Shown: in pieces, positions 50,464 through 64,000 of the stretch
Numbering within the stretch: position 1 is the first letter of the stretch
Layout: each line of letters begins with the position of its first letter
Assembly (NCBI GenBank): GCA_030390025.1
Contig: CM059432.1
Coordinates: 140,742,001 to 140,806,000, forward strand
Origin: Squalus acanthias
Taxonomy: Eukaryota
DNA: 64,000 nt
Direction: 5' to 3'
Notes under the pieces: model-generated
Seen by the model: the letters and a program-made list of their open reading frames with translations, nothing else
What the model was told of the DNA's origin: nothing
Database searches by the model: none
Made by a program: the position numbers and the translations under genes

Positions 50464-50830
50464 CGATATGGATAGAGATAAAAGATAATAAAGGATCAAT
50501 CACACTAATAGGCATAGTCTACAGACCACCTAATAGTGGAAGGGAGGTGGAGGAAGAAATATGTAGACAAATTAGGGAAATAAGTAAAAAACATAGAATA
50601 ATAATCATGGGGGATTTCAACTACCCCGATATTAATTGAACAGAAGAGGTAGGTAAAGGGGATAAGGGAATGCAGTTCCTACAATGTGGACAGGACTCCT
50701 TTCTAACCCAATATGTAAAAAGCCCAACAAGGGAGTATTCGCTATTGGATCTAGTAATGGGGAATGAACCAGAGCAGATAAGAGAAGTAAAGGATGGGGA
50801 ACATATAGGCAATAGTGACCATAATATAAT

Positions 50831-51591
50831 GGGCCAAAAATTCGGCACTTGCCAGGTGAGTACACGTGTACTCACCCGTAAGGCCTCCTGAAGTGTCGGT
50901 TTCCTGCATGCACTGCGCATGCGCGGTAAACCGGAACTTACGGTCTTGTGAAGGGAGCAGTTCAGAGGTGAACCGCATGCGCGGTAGAGGCTGCGCGCAC
51001 GCAGCGAACTTAGTTTTTTTTTCAGGTTTCTCCGGGAGGGTAAGTATTGAAGAACCTGCGCTTTTAAAAAGGAGGCGCAAGACCCGTTTTCAACAAGGTA
51101 AGTGGTTAATTATTTACAATTTAAAAAACTTTTCAACAAGTTTATCTTTTTTAGATACTTTAAAGAAAGGTAAGTTTATTTTTAGCACTGTTAAAAAGTA
51201 TTTTAATTTTTTCAAAAATTTAAATTTTTGTTTAAAGTAGTTAATTTATTTAACTTATATTTATTTTAAAAATGTGATGGTTTTTTAAAATTTATTTGAA
51301 GTTTAGGTGTTGTTTTGGGGCCGATTTCAATTCATAGATTTGACAGGTCTTCCTGTCAAATCTATGAATGAAAGATGGTCTGCTGCCATTGGCTCTCCAT
51401 GGCCCACATGATCCCAGGGGACGCATCGCACTAACTACGCCCCTGGGATACACAAGCACTGCGTGCCGGCAGCTGCAGGAGGCCCAGGAGCTGAAGTCCC
51501 CGTGGGCCCAGAGGTCAACAGCAGGCGCGGTAGGTAGGTGCGCGCGGGATCCTTGCACCCGCGGGAAGCCAGGGAGCCTAATTTCTGGGCC
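50831..51591. mobile_element. Harbinger-type MITE (inverted homolog of 33017-33755)
   Basis: TSD AAT; removing it restores host SDHNIIRFK. Confidence 0.88.
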
Positions 51592-53740
51592 AATACGTTT
51601 TAAGATGATAATTGAGAAGGACATAAGTATGATGAAAACCAGATTAATAGATTGGAGAAAAGCTGATTTTGAGGGGCTGAGAATAGAACTTGGGAAAATA
51701 AATGGGCAACAATATTGGCAAACAACGATGTAGAACAGCAATGGGAAACATTTAAAACAGTGTTCAACAGAGTGCAGGAAAAATATATTCCGCTAAAAGG
51801 AAAGAACAAACTAAACAATAATGAGACTCCATGGATGAATAAAGCCATAAGAGAACAATTGGGACTAAGGAAAGAGGCATACATTAAGTACATAGACAGC
51901 AGGGGAGTGCATGATAAGAGAGAATACGAAAAGATTAGGAGAGAAGTCAAAAAAACAATTAGGGAGGCAAAGAGGAACTATAAAATTAAGTTATCAAGGA
52001 ACATAAAACAAAACAGTAAAATATTTTATAGGCACATCAATAAAAAAGGAAGGTTGGGATGGGAATAGGGCCATTAAGCGATAGTCAGGATAATACCATA
52101 GTTAACGATAGAGAGATGGCAGAAATATTAAATAATTATTTTGCTTCAGTATTTACCAGGGAGGTAGAACAGGTGGACATGACATTGGATGATGAGATTA
52201 GTAATGAGATAAGTGCATTTAAAATAAAAAGAGAGGATATATTAAATAAATTAATCAAACTCAAAGAGGATAAAACCCCTGGTTCGGATGGATTGCATCC
52301 ATACATTTTAAAAGAATCTAGGGAAGAGATAGCAGAGGCATTACTATGCAAATTTAATAATTCATTAGAAAAGGTGTAGTGCCAGAGGACTGGCGGATAG
52401 CTAACGTAATACTGATATTTAAGAAGGGGGACAGAACATGTCCAGGGAATTATAGACCAGTCAGCTTAACATCGGTGGTAAGAAAAATAATGGAATCCCT
52501 ACTAAAGGAGAAAAAAGAAGAACATCTAGAACCCAAAAATATAATAATGAATAGTCAACATGGATTTCAAAAGGGAAAGTCTTGCTTGACGAACCTTATT
52601 GAATTTTTTGAAGAGGTAACAGCGAGAGTAGACAATGGTAATGCAGTAGATGTAATTTATCTAGATTTTCAAAAGGCCTTCGATAAGGTACCCCATAATA
52701 GACTGATGAACAAGGTCACCAAGAAATCCAATAGGGAATTCAGAAGAAACTTCTTTACCCAAAGAGTGATGAGAATGTGGAACTCGCTACCACAGGGAGT
52801 GGTTGAAGCGAATAGTATAGATGCATTTAAGGGGAGGCTAGACAAGCATATGAGGGAGAAGGGAATAGAGGGTTATGCTGATAGAGTTAGATGAGGAAAG
52901 ACGGGAGGAAGCTCGAGTGGAGCATAAACGCCGGCATGGACTGGTTGGGCCAAATGGCCTGTTTCTGTGCCGTATATCCTATGTAATCCGATGTAAGGGA
53001 ATTGGATAAATACTTGAAAAGGGGAAAAAATGCAGGACTACGGGGAAAGAGCAGGGGGGACTGGGATTAATTGGATCGCTCTTTCAAAGATCTGGCACAG
53101 GCACGATGGGCCAAATGGCCTCCTTCTGTGCTGTGTCATTCTATCATTCTATGATAACAGGCAATATCTAGCCTTCTGTCTTTGGTTAAAATTCTGTGGT
53201 GATTTTTGCCAAGAATTTCCAGACAAGGTGCTTCTCATAGACTTGGGGACATTTTTTAAAATTGTTATGAGGTAGGAAGCTTGGCCGAGAAATCCTTCAT
53301 CTCAGAGGAATTTCCCAGGCCTTGAATCTAATGCTAATATTTTGCTCTTGGCTGAAAAAAATCAGATAGACCCAGTCAGGAAGCAGATGGAGAATACAGC
53401 TGCAGAATATGAACTCTAGATAGTACCAACAGGAAAGATTTCAGTACAACAATTATATAGAATGTGCAGCACAGAAACAGGTCTTTCGGCCCAACAGGTC
53501 CACGCCGGTGTCTATGCTTCTCAGGAGCCTCCTCCCACCTCTCTTCATCAAACCCCATCAACATATCCTTCTATTCCTTTCCCCCTCATATACTTATTTA
53601 GCTTCCCCTTAAATGCTTCTGTGCTATTCGCCTCAACCACTCCCTGTGGTAGCGAGTTCCACATTCTCACCACTCTCTGGGTAAAGAAGTTTCTCCAGAA
53701 TTCCCTCTTAGGCTTATTAGTGACTATCTTATATTTATGG

Positions 53741-55614
53741 CTTAGGAGAGCTAGGAGGGGGCATGAGAAGTCCTTGGCGGGTCGGATCAAGAAAAACCCC
53801 AAGGCTTTTTACTCTTATGTGAGAAATAAAAGAATGACCAGGGTGAGGGTAGGGCCGGTCAAGGACAGTAGTGGGAACTTGTGCATGGAGTCAGAAGAGA
53901 TAGGAGAGGTGATGAATGAATACTTTTCGTCAGTGTTCACCGAGGAGAGGGGCCATGTTCTTGAGGATGAGAGTGTGATAAAGGTGGATAGGCTGGAGGT
54001 GGTAGATGTTCTGAGGGAAGATGTTTTAGCAATTTTGAAGAACCTGAGGGTCGATAAGTCCCCTGGGCCAGATGGGATATATCCTAGGATTCTTTGGGAG
54101 GCAAGGGAGGAGATTGCAGAGCCTCTGGCTTTGATCTTTGGGTCCTCACTGTCCACGGGGATGGTGCCAGAGGACTGGAGAGTGGCGAATGTTGTTCCTC
54201 TCTTCAAGAAAGGAAATAGGAATGACCCTGGTAATTATAGGCCGGTTAGTCTTACTTCGGTGGTTGGTAAGATAATGGAAAAGGTCCTGAGGGATAGGAT
54301 TTATGACCATTTGGAAAGGGGCAACTTAATCAGGGATAGTCAACACGGATTCGTGAAGGGTAAGTCTTGCCTAACAAATTTGATTGAATTCTTTGAGGAG
54401 GTAACTAAGTGTGTAGATGAAGGTAGAGCAGTTGATGTCGTATACATGGATTTTAGTAAGGCGTTTGATAAGGTTCCCCATGGTCGGCTCATGAAGAAAG
54501 TAAGGAGTTGTGGGATAGAGGGAAATTTGGCCGATTGGATAAGTAACTGGCTATCTCATAGAAGGCAGAGGGTGGTGGTGGATGGAACATTTTCGGACTG
54601 GAGACCAGTTACCAGCGGTGTGCCACAGGGGTCGGTGCTGGGTCCTCTGCTGTTTGTGATTTTTATCAATGACTTGGAGGAGGGGACTGAAGGGTGGATC
54701 AGTAAATTTGCTGATGACACCAAGATTGGTGGAGTAGTGGATGAGGTGGAGGGCAGTTGTAGGCTGCAAAGAGACATTGATAGGATGCAGAGCTGGGCCG
54801 AAAAATGGCAGATGGAATTTAACCCTGATAAGTGCGAGGTGATTCATTTTGGTAGGGCAAATTTGAATAAGGATTACAGGGTCAACGGCAGGGTTCTGAG
54901 GAACGTGGAGGAGCAGAGGGATCTGGGGGTTCATATCCACAGATCTCTGAAGGTTGCCACTCAAGTGGATAGAGCAGTAAAGAAGGCCTATGGTGTGTTG
55001 GCGTTTATTAACAGAGGGTTTGAGTTTAAGAACCGTGAGGTTATGCTGCAACTGTACAGGACCTTGGTGAGACCACATTTGGAATATTGTGTGCAGTTCT
55101 GGTCACCTCACTATAGGAAGGACGTGGAAGCATTGGAAAGAGGGCAAAGGAGATTTACCAGGATGCTGCCTGGTTTGGGGGGGAGGTCTTATGAGGAAAG
55201 ATTGAGGGAGTTGGGGCTTTTCTCTTTAGAACGGAGGAGGATGAGAGGCGACTTAATAGAGGTTTATAAGATGATGAGGGGGATAGATAGAGTGGATGTT
55301 CAGAGACTATTTCCTCGGGTAGAGGCAGCTGTTACAAGGGGGCATAACTATAAGGTGCATGGGGGGAGATATAGAAGGGATGTCCGAGGTAGATTCTTTA
55401 CTCAGAGAGTGGTTGGGGTGTGGAATGGACTGCCTGCTGTGATAGTGGAGTCGGACACTTTAGGAACTTTCAAGCGGTTATTGGATAAGCACATGGAGCA
55501 CACCAGAGTGATAGGGAGTGTGATAGCTTGATCTTGGTCTCGGACAATGCTCGGCACAACATCGAGGGCCGAAGGGCCTGTACTGTGCTGTACTGTTCTA
55601 TGTATTCTATGTAT
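53741..55614 (+). mobile_element. Young 5'-truncated CR1 with intact RT frame
   Basis: About 596 open codons from LRRARRGHEK to the stop at 55531, all RT motifs present; TTCTATGTA tail. Confidence 0.95.
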
Positions 55615-56076
55615 AGTTTTGGTCTCTCCGCACCCCCCTCCCCCCCCGACAAGTGGAAACATCTTCTCTATGCCTACCCTATCAAACCGCTTCATAATTT
55701 TAAAGACCTCCATCAGGTCACCCCTCAGCCTTCTCTTTTCTAGAGAAAAGAGCCCCATCCTGTTCAGTCTTTCCTGATAGTTATAACCTCTCAGTTCTGG
55801 TATCATACTTATAATTTTTATTGCACCTTTCTCCAGTGCCTCTATATCCCTTTTATAATATGAAGACCAGAACGCTTAACAGTACTTGTGTGGTCTAACC
55901 AAGGTTCTATATATGTTAAACATAACCTCTCTGCTTTTCAATTTTATTCCTCTAGAAATGAACCCCAGTGCTTTGTTTGCATTGTTATGGCCTTGTTAAC
56001 CTGCGTCGCTACTTTTAATGATTTGTGAATCTGTACCCCTAGATTGCTTTGATCTTCTATCCCATTTAGACTCTTA

Positions 56077-56964
56077 GGGGGAAAAATTCAGTCGCGCCCC
56101 ATTTGGGGCGCAAATATCGTCCGGGCGCAAAAATTAGCGCCTGCCGCTAATTATCACCACTGACTGGAAACTTCACTTTTAACGCCCCTGGAGGTGATTG
56201 GAGCGCTAAATCAGGCGCTGCACACCTGTCTTAAGGCGCAAAGACTGAGGAGTGAGGCGCTAACTCAGAGCGCTGGCGAAGCTCATGTAATGTCAGTCAG
56301 CAATGGAACACACACACAATGGCACGGGCCAGTTCTTAAAGGGGATGGTTAATCTTGCTTTCCATCCACATCCTACTCATTGCAGCCTTGAATCTCGGCC
56401 TGGAGAGACTTGCACATCAAATGTGCTGGAAAGAACAATGGAGAGTACCAGGCAAAGAGCTCAGAGTGCAGCCCCCACAGTCTCTGCTAAATCAATACAA
56501 GGAAGGGCAAATCAAAATGAACCTGCAAAGTGCTGCTCAGTACCCAAAACTCCTTCACACAACGTTGAATCTCTCCAGAAGTCTCTCCCTCTCTCTCTCA
56601 GAATGCATAGTTCAAAAATGGCACCAACAATAAAAGGCAGGAAGCGGTCACCTTTAAATAGCGCTCCCCCTTTCCCTTCATGACTGCAGAACGCTCCCCT
56701 CAACCTGTCGTTGCTAGCGTCAGGCGGTAAGGCAGGGGGCGCCACTCAATATCCGCTCCGGGGCAATACCGGGGCGTTGCACACTCGAGTGACGTCATGA
56801 TCTGCCGGCGCAGGAGATCGTGGCGGTAGTGTTTAGTGCCGCCGCAAAATGTCTAGTTAATTTCTCGAGCGGCGCAAACTTCGCCGGGCGCTAGCTGCTT
56901 TGCGCCCCATTAGCGCCCTCTTAAGGCGCTAACGGGAGGCGCAACCAACTGAATTTTTCCCCCC
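56077..56964. mobile_element. PIF/Harbinger-type non-autonomous element
   Basis: TIR GGGGGAAAAATTCAGT; TSD TTA; ends related to the 26687 and 63014 elements. Confidence 0.9.
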
Positions 56965-57430
56965 TTATTATCCAAGGAGTGTGTGGCCTCCTTATTCCTC
57001 CTACCAAAATGCACGACCTCACACTTATCTATATTGAAATTCATTTGCCATTTACACGCCCATTCTGCTTCTTGTATTTTGTCGCAGTCCTCCTCTGTAT
57101 TAACTAGGATGGAAGAACATATAATCCACATGTATTAACTGTATATGTTGTGTTCCTAGTTTAAGTATTTGATGCTAGTGGAAATGTAAAATCAATAAAA
57201 AATAATCTGAATTTAAAATAATCTATTCAAAAATGGTGTTATTGAAAAGATCACGGCAGACCCAGACCATTGCCAGGTTGGATCATAATTACTAACAACA
57301 TATTGTGTGTTTGAAGATGCTATCATAATCTTTCATCTCCTCACCCACTCCACCATCGTGACAAGCCCATGGAAGAGAAAATTGTGCCAAGCATTGTTTT
57401 TGACACCTTGTGTTACCATCACAAAATATT

Positions 57431-57888
57431 GTGTCAGCCGTGGCTCAGTAGGTAGTGCTCCTGCCTTTGTTAAGTCTGAAGGTTGTGGGTTCAAGTCCCA
57501 CCCCTGAGACTTGAGCACAAAATCTAGACCAGTGTAGTACTGAGGGAGTGCTGCACTCTCAGAGGTGCTGTCTGTTGGATGAGATGTTAAACCAAGGCCC
57601 CATCCGCCCTCTCAGGTGGACGTGAAAGATCACATTTTGAAGAAGAGTAGGGGCATTCTCCCCGGTGTCCTGACCAATATTTATCCCTCAACCAACATCA
57701 CTAAAAAACAGATTACCTGGCCATTATCTCATTGCTGTCTGTGGGAGCTTGCTGTGCTCAAATTGGCTGCCGCATTTCCTACATTACAACAGTGACTACA
57801 TTTCAAGAAGTACTTCAGTGGCTGTAAAGCACTTTGGGACGTTCTGAGGTAATGAAAGGTGCTATAGAAATGCAAGTCTTTCTTTTTT
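57431..57888 (+). mobile_element. SacSINE1-like SINE
   Basis: Head, core and tail match 24972-25447. Confidence 0.87.
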
Positions 57889-58589
57889 TTCCCATATAAA
57901 GTCTTGGTTTGGGAGTTTGGGAAGATGTGATTTGTGAGTAAGTGAAATTATTGCCCTACAGCTCGAGTCTGCCGCAAGAAAATGCTAAGTTTTGTGGACT
58001 TTTTGTTAAGTGCATTATAGCGGCGCAAGTTACTTCAGTATTTAAAGTTTTCAGGCATGCTTCTTTTCGACTATTCCAGACAGCAAGTCTGCCTGAGAAC
58101 CCTTCGGTACGTCAGCATTGATCATTGAGATGCAAAACGATTCCATTGCATATTGCAAAGCGCTTGCTAATATTGTACCTCTTGAGTATTAACAGATCAG
58201 CTGCCTCACTGACGGCCAGTTCACATCAGAAAGTAGCTCCACAGAGTTTTATGTAGTTTCTCTGCCAATACTCAAAAATTAAACAGGATGCAGAAAGAAA
58301 CCTCAACGTCTGTTTGCAATAAGGGAACCATTCATGAAGTTTGGATGGTTTACAATATCCTACGGCTATTGAAATCTTTTCCCTATTGCCAGTCTTAGAA
58401 ACATGGCTGTCCCTTCCAGCCCACTAGGTTTATGAAATGTAATTACATATAAAATATAATTTAAAAATAATATAAATCAATGGTGTTTGCAGTGTGCTGG
58501 CTTAGAAAAGTGATTCTGTTACACAGACTGTAATCCAGAGTTATAACCATTGAGTAAATCAAACCTCAACCAATACTCATAATAGACGT

Positions 58590-59575
58590 TAGCAAAATTA
58601 AAGCCCATGGGATTAAAGGGACAGTGGCACCGTGGATACAACATTGGCTAAGGGACAGAAAGCAGAGAATAGTGGTGAATGCTTGTTTATCAGACTGGAA
58701 GGAGGTATACAATGGTGTTCCCCACGGGTCAGTATTAGGACCACTGCTCTTTTTGATATATATTAATGATCTGGACTTGAGTATACAGGGCATAATTTCA
58801 AAGTTTGCAGAGGACAGGAAACTCGGAAATGTGGTAAACAATGAGGAGAATAGTACCCTGTAATTGACTTCAGGAGGACATAGACAGACTGGTGAAATGG
58901 GCAGACACATGGCAGATAAAATGATGTGAAATGATACATTTTGGAAGGAAGAATGAGGAGAGGCAATATAAACTAATTGATACAATTTTAAAGTGGATGT
59001 TGGAACAGAGAGACCTGGAGGTGTATGTACACAAATCTTTGAAGGTGGCAGGATAAGTTAAGAAGGCTGTTGAAAAATCATATGGGACCCTTGGATTTAT
59101 TAGTAGAGGAATAGAGTACAAAAGCAAGGACGTTATGCTAAACCTTTCTAAAACACTGGTTAGGCCTCAGCTGGAGTATTGTGTTCAAGTCTGAGCACCA
59201 CACTTTAGGAAGGATGTCAAGGCCTTGGAGAGGGTGCAGAAGAGACTTACCAGAACCATAGTAGGGATGAGGGACTTCAGTTATGTGGAGAGACTGGAGA
59301 AGCTGGGGTTGTTCTCCTTAGAGCAGAGGAGTTAAGAGGTGACATGAGGAGACATTATTTTACACAGCGAGTTGTTGTGATCTGGAATGCACTACCTGAA
59401 AGGGTGGTGGAAGCAGATTCAACAGTAACTTTCAAAAGGGAATTGGATAAATACTTGAAGGGAGAACATTTGCAGGGCTTTGGGGAAAGTGTGGCTCTAA
59501 TTGGATAGCTCCACCAAAGAGCTAGCACAGGCACGATGGGTCAAATGGCCTCCTTCTGTGCAGTATCACTCTGTT
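58590..59575 (+). mobile_element. Degenerate CR1 RT-to-3' fragment
   Basis: RKQRIVVN, GVPHGSVLGP; CR1 tail. Confidence 0.88.
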
Positions 59576-59828
59576 TGATTTATGAAGCATTCTTCATTTG
59601 AAATTTGGCTACAACAAATGAAATTAGCATCAGGTTTGAAAAGGTTATCCAGACACATTAAAGTGTTGAAAATCCCGTGATCAGTTTAGGGACGGTACGG
59701 ACGATTGCACAATCCTGTTACTCCCACCAGGAGCCCACTCAGCAGGATGCCGTAGCTTTATCTGCGTCCCGTGCTCCCCTTGAGTGCGGCTGGACCACTG
59801 GGATTGCAGGGTCACAGAATCACCCCCA

Positions 59829-62465
59829 TGGGTAGCACCCTCGACTCTGAGCCAGAAGGTCATGGGTTCAAGCCCCACTCCAGAGACTTGAGCACATAAT
59901 CCAGGCTAACACGCCCAGTGCAGTACTGAGGGAGCCGCTGCACTGTCGGAGGTGCCGTCTTTTGGATGAAAAGTTAAACCGAGGTCCCATCTGCCCTCTG
60001 AGGTGGACATCAAAGCTCATAGAGTCATAGAGACATAACGGCACAGAAGTAGGTCATTCAGCCCATCGAGTCCGTGCCAGCTCTCTGTTGAGCAATCCAG
60101 TCAGTCCCATTCCCCCGCTCTATCCCCGTAGCCCTGCAAGTTTATTTCCCTCAAGTGCCTATCCAGTCTCCCCTTGAAAACATTGAGTGTCTCTGCTTCC
60201 ACCACTTCCATCAGCAGCGAGTTCCAGGTCCTCACCACTCGCTGCGTAAAAAAGTTTTTCCTCACGTTCCCCCCTGTATCTCTTGCCCAAAACCTTAAAT
60301 CTGTGTCCCCTAGTCCTTGTACCATCAACTAGTGGGAATAGCCTTTCCCTGTCTAGCCTATCCAAACCCGTCATAATCTTGTACACCTCTATCAAATCAC
60401 CTCTCAACCTCCTTTGCTCTAATGAAAACAAATCCAGCTTCTCCAATCTGTCCTTGTAGCTAAGATCCCCCATCCCCGGAACCATTCTGGTAAATCTCCT
60501 CTGCACCCTCTCAAGGGCCTTCACATCCTGCCTAAAATGTGGTGACCAGAACTGGACGTAATACTCCAGTTGTGGCCTAACCAGCGTTTTATAAAGGTTC
60601 AGCATAACGTCTCTACTTTTGTACTCATTACCTCTATTTATGAAGCCCGAGATCCCATCTGCTTTGTTAACCACTCAATATGTCCCGCCACCTTCAGCGA
60701 CCTCGTGTTGGCTCTCCTTAAATAGCTTAAACCTCTCCAAATGCCCGTTAATTTTTTCCTTGGTTATTGTTTCTAAAACTTTACCCACCACTGATGTTAA
60801 ACTGACTGGCCTGTAGTTACTAGGATTGTCCTTGCACCCTTTCTTGAACAATGGTGTCACATTTGCCACTTTCCAATCCTCAGGCACCTCCCCCGCATCT
60901 AGGGAAGATTAGAAAATTATTGCAAGCCCTTCCGCTATCTCCTCCCCCAATTCCCTTAGCAACCTGGGATGCAAGCCATCTGGACCAGGCGACTTATCCA
61001 CGCTAAGCATACCCAGCCTTTCTAGTACATCCTGTCTATCAATTTTCACCCCTTCCATTGCTTCTACCTTTTCCATTTCTATTGATATTTTGTCAGCATC
61101 CACCTCCTTAGTAAACACCGATACAAAGTACTCATTGAGTATTCTAGCCTTGCCCTGCACCTCTAAGCATATATCACCTTCTTTGTCTCTAATAGGCCCC
61201 ACCCCGCCTCTTACTACCTGCTTACTGTTTACATGCTGGTAGAAGATTCTTGGGTTCCCCTTTATGTTAACCGCCATTCTACTCTCATATTCTCTCTTTG
61301 CCAATCTTATTTTCATCTTCACTTCTCCTCTCAACTTATTGTATTTGGTCTGGTTCTCCCTTGAAGAATTCACCTGACATGCATCATACACCCTCTTTTT
61401 TTGTTTCATCATCTTCTCTACCTCCCTCGTCATCCAAGGAGCCCTTGCTTTGGTTCCCTTACCCTTCCTTCTTGTTGGAATGTACCTAGCCTGTACTTGG
61501 AACATCTCCTCCTTAAAGATCCATTGTTCCGTTACAGTTTTTCCTGTCAGTCTTTGGTTCCATTTTACCCTGGCTAGCTCCTTTCACATCCCATTGAAGT
61601 TAGCCCTGTTCCAGTTTAGAAGTTCCACTCTAGATTGTTCCTTGCTGCTCTCCATTGCTAATCTAAATCTTATGATACGATGATCACTCGTAGCCAAGTG
61701 TTCTCCCACACTTGGTTGACCTGGCCCACCTCATTCCCCAGCACCAGATCCAGCAATGCCTCCTTCCTAGTTGGGCCAAGAACATATTGATCAAGGAAAT
61801 TCTCCTGAACACATTTCAGAAATTCCTCCCCCTCCTTTGCCTTGACCCTAGCATTATCCCAATCGATATTTGGGTAATTAAAGTCCCCCAATATCACCAC
61901 TCTATAGTTCTTGCTTATCTCTGTGATTTCCCTGCAGATTTGCTCCTCTACCTCCCTCTCACTATTTGGAGGCCTATAGAATACCCCCAATAGCATGATC
62001 ATACCCCTTTTGCTCCTCAACTCTAGCCAAATGGATTCTGTCCTTGTCCCCTTAGGAACATCCTCCCTTTCCAACACTACAATGTCTTCCTTAATCAGCA
62101 CTGCCACCCCATCTCCCTTTTTTTCTTCCCTATCTTTTCTGAACACCTTGTGCCCTTGAATATTAAGTGCCCAGTCCTCACCGTTTTTAAGCCACGTTTC
62201 CGTTATTGCCACAACATCATATTGCCACAGCATTATTTCAAAGAAGAGCAGGGGAATTCTCCCCGGTGTCCTGGCCAATATTTATCCCTCAACCAACATC
62301 ACTAAAACAGAAGATCTGGTCAGTTATCTCATTGCTGTCTGTGGGACCTTGCTGTGCACAAATTGACTGCCACGTTTCCCTATATTACAACAGTATTTCA
62401 TTGGTGTAAAGCACTTTGGGACGTTCTTAGGTGGTGAAAGGCGCTATAGAAATGCAAGTTGGTTC
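59829..62465 (+). mobile_element. SacSINE1-like SINE split by a CR1 insertion (head ~59829-60015, tail ~62227-62465)
   Basis: SINE sequence resumes collinearly after the CR1. Confidence 0.8.
60017..62222 (-). mobile_element. CR1 ORF2 remnant with the RT core deleted (~60700)
   Basis: APE ORF 61670-62278, NYRPVSLTS, then ESQH jumps to the C-terminal region. Confidence 0.9.
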
Positions 62466-63013
62466 TTTTTTTCCTCTTATTTCCTCTCTTTGCTATTATT
62501 AGTGAAAAATAGGTCTGGGTGAAAAGTGGTGTAATGTCACTAGAAGACACTGACCGATTGTTACTTCCCATTTAGCACTGCTCTGAGGGTTTACTCTCCA
62601 AAACATAATAGTGAAAACTAAAGGAAAAAAACTTTTTTATTTGATCAAGCTTTGCTAAGATCATCAATGACAAGGTTGTGCAGCTTTCGTGAGCTGCAAA
62701 TTCAAATTGAAAAGTAAGTGTCTCCAAGTGAGAACTAGTGTTAATAAACTTTAAAGTATTGCCGCAATGAAAATAGAAGTGAATTGTATGAAGTCAATTG
62801 ACTTTAATTTCCCCTTGACACATTGTGTATATCCAGGCTTGGTGGGAAAGCAATTAAGTTCTTCATTATTGGCTTCTGTTTTGCACAGTAAAAAAAACAA
62901 ATTAAAAAAAGATTAGGGGTTCAAATTTCCTTCAGGCTGCCAAGGACATCATCAGAGTAATCCGTGTGGGTGGAGGGGGATTGTGAACTAGGACAGGAAC
63001 CCACCAACACTAC

Positions 63014-63690
63014 GGGGGGAAAATCAGGTTGCTTTGCGCCTCCCGTTAGTGCCCCTGGGGGGTGCTAACGGGGCACAAAGCCCCTAGCGCCTGGGCGCGG
63101 CGCCGCTGACGCTTCCCGCGATATTCTGCGTGAGGTTAGCGGAGGCGGTAGCCGGTAGCGCCCTGTGGCGCTGCGCCTCCGGCGATGACGTCATCGCCAT
63201 GTGCAGCGTCCCGCTCGTGCCCTGGCCGCAAACTTGGGTCGCGCCCCCTGACCGATCGCCGGACGATATGTCCGACAGGGTCAGGGTGGTGTTTTTGCAG
63301 CCGCGGCGGCGCAAGTTAAAGGGCAGGTGTCAGGCGGCCTTTTTTCTTTGGGGTGCCGGCCGCCATTGCTCAGCCCAGCGCTCCTCTTGCGTGCCGGGCT
63401 GTTTTCACGGCACCTCGCTCCCCGGTGGTCCAACAGGGCCCCGGTGCACGCAGCGCTAGGCCCCTCCCCTTTAATCAGGGGACGGAGGCCTGCAATGACG
63501 TGGCGCTGCGTGGCGCTCTTGCACGTAGCACCGCGAAATTCACTGGTAGCGCCCCAGGAAGGAGGGGGAGCGCTTTCAGTAGCGCCCCGCCTCCTGCTTG
63601 GGGCGCTACCACTGAACATTTTCGGGGTGCTAAAAGTAGCGCCCCGGCGAAGTTAGCGCCCCAAAGGGGGCGCCACCGAATTTCTCCCCC
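63014..63690. mobile_element. GC-rich Harbinger-type MITE
   Basis: GGGGGGAAAATC ... GAATTTCTCCCCC; flanks TAC/TAT; collinear with 26687-27373. Confidence 0.82.
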
Positions 63691-63694
63691 TATG

Positions 63695-63990
63695 TTTTTG
63701 CACTTTCAATACTTTCCAGAATCCCTTCGCCTTTTTATGGCTTTTTCTATAAAGATCTTTAGGAATTTGCTGCCCCAGATCTCTCTGGGCCTACACTCTT
63801 GTTATTATTCATAGTGTACTTCCTTTCATTTTCCCCAAAATGTTCGACTTCATATTTCTCTGCGTTGTACATCCATTTATCTACCGAACTGCTGACTCCA
63901 CCAAGCTGCCTATCTCCTCCTGCAATCTCTTCCATTCTTCCACACAGCTTGCCATACCCTGTGATTTGGTATCATCAGCAAATGTGCAAT
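63695..63990 (-). mobile_element. Old CR1-like RT fragment
   Basis: Minus strand TTTGCTGATGATACC (FADDT) and HFG-type region. Confidence 0.6.
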
Positions 63991-64000
63991 ATAATTCCTG

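Larger units (their letters stand above)
48446..52990 (+). mobile_element. CR1 with ORF1 esterase and ORF2 remnants, several nested inserts, joined to a CR1 3' end at ~52716; lies inside another CR1 tail (~48175-48445 / 52996-53150)
   Basis: IGDSII, CLPGA, HVGTN (48489-49052); APE and RT motifs; KVPHNRLMNK joins TKKSNREFRRNFF. Confidence 0.88.
53455..57105 (-). mobile_element. Old minus-strand CR1 fragment interrupted by a plus-strand CR1 and a MITE
   Basis: Pieces ~53455-53740, 55615-56076 and 56965-57105 are collinear RT C-terminus sequence. Confidence 0.85.

Noticed and set aside
53462..55531. 689-aa ORF as a novel N-terminally extended reverse transcriptase
   Set aside because: The first ~93 codons are the antisense strand of an older CR1 tail; the frame is a chance fusion at the ~53741 junction, starts at GTG and lacks the endonuclease

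Overview
Non-coding eukaryotic DNA made almost entirely of transposable elements. The repeat inventory (HER1-type CR1 LINEs, HE1 V-SINEs, SacSINE1-like DeuSINEs) points to a shark or other cartilaginous fish. Nearly all long ORFs are retroelement remnants: more than 20 CR1 pieces, a decayed Gypsy LTR element, a solo LTR, a Zenon-like LINE with a tRNA-like 5' head, and L2 tails. At least 8 GC-rich, palindrome-rich PIF/Harbinger-type MITEs with 3-bp target duplications (TSDs) are also present. The most striking structure is four Penelope-like insertions with 12-14 bp TSDs carrying minimal type I hammerhead ribozyme motifs. Three of them are fold-back hairpins of one family, and their ribozyme helix I shows compensatory changes. 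No host gene is recognisable, but three small phase-compatible exons on the minus strand suggest the window is intronic. All calls are by eye, without database searches; boundaries of fragments lacking TSDs are approximate.
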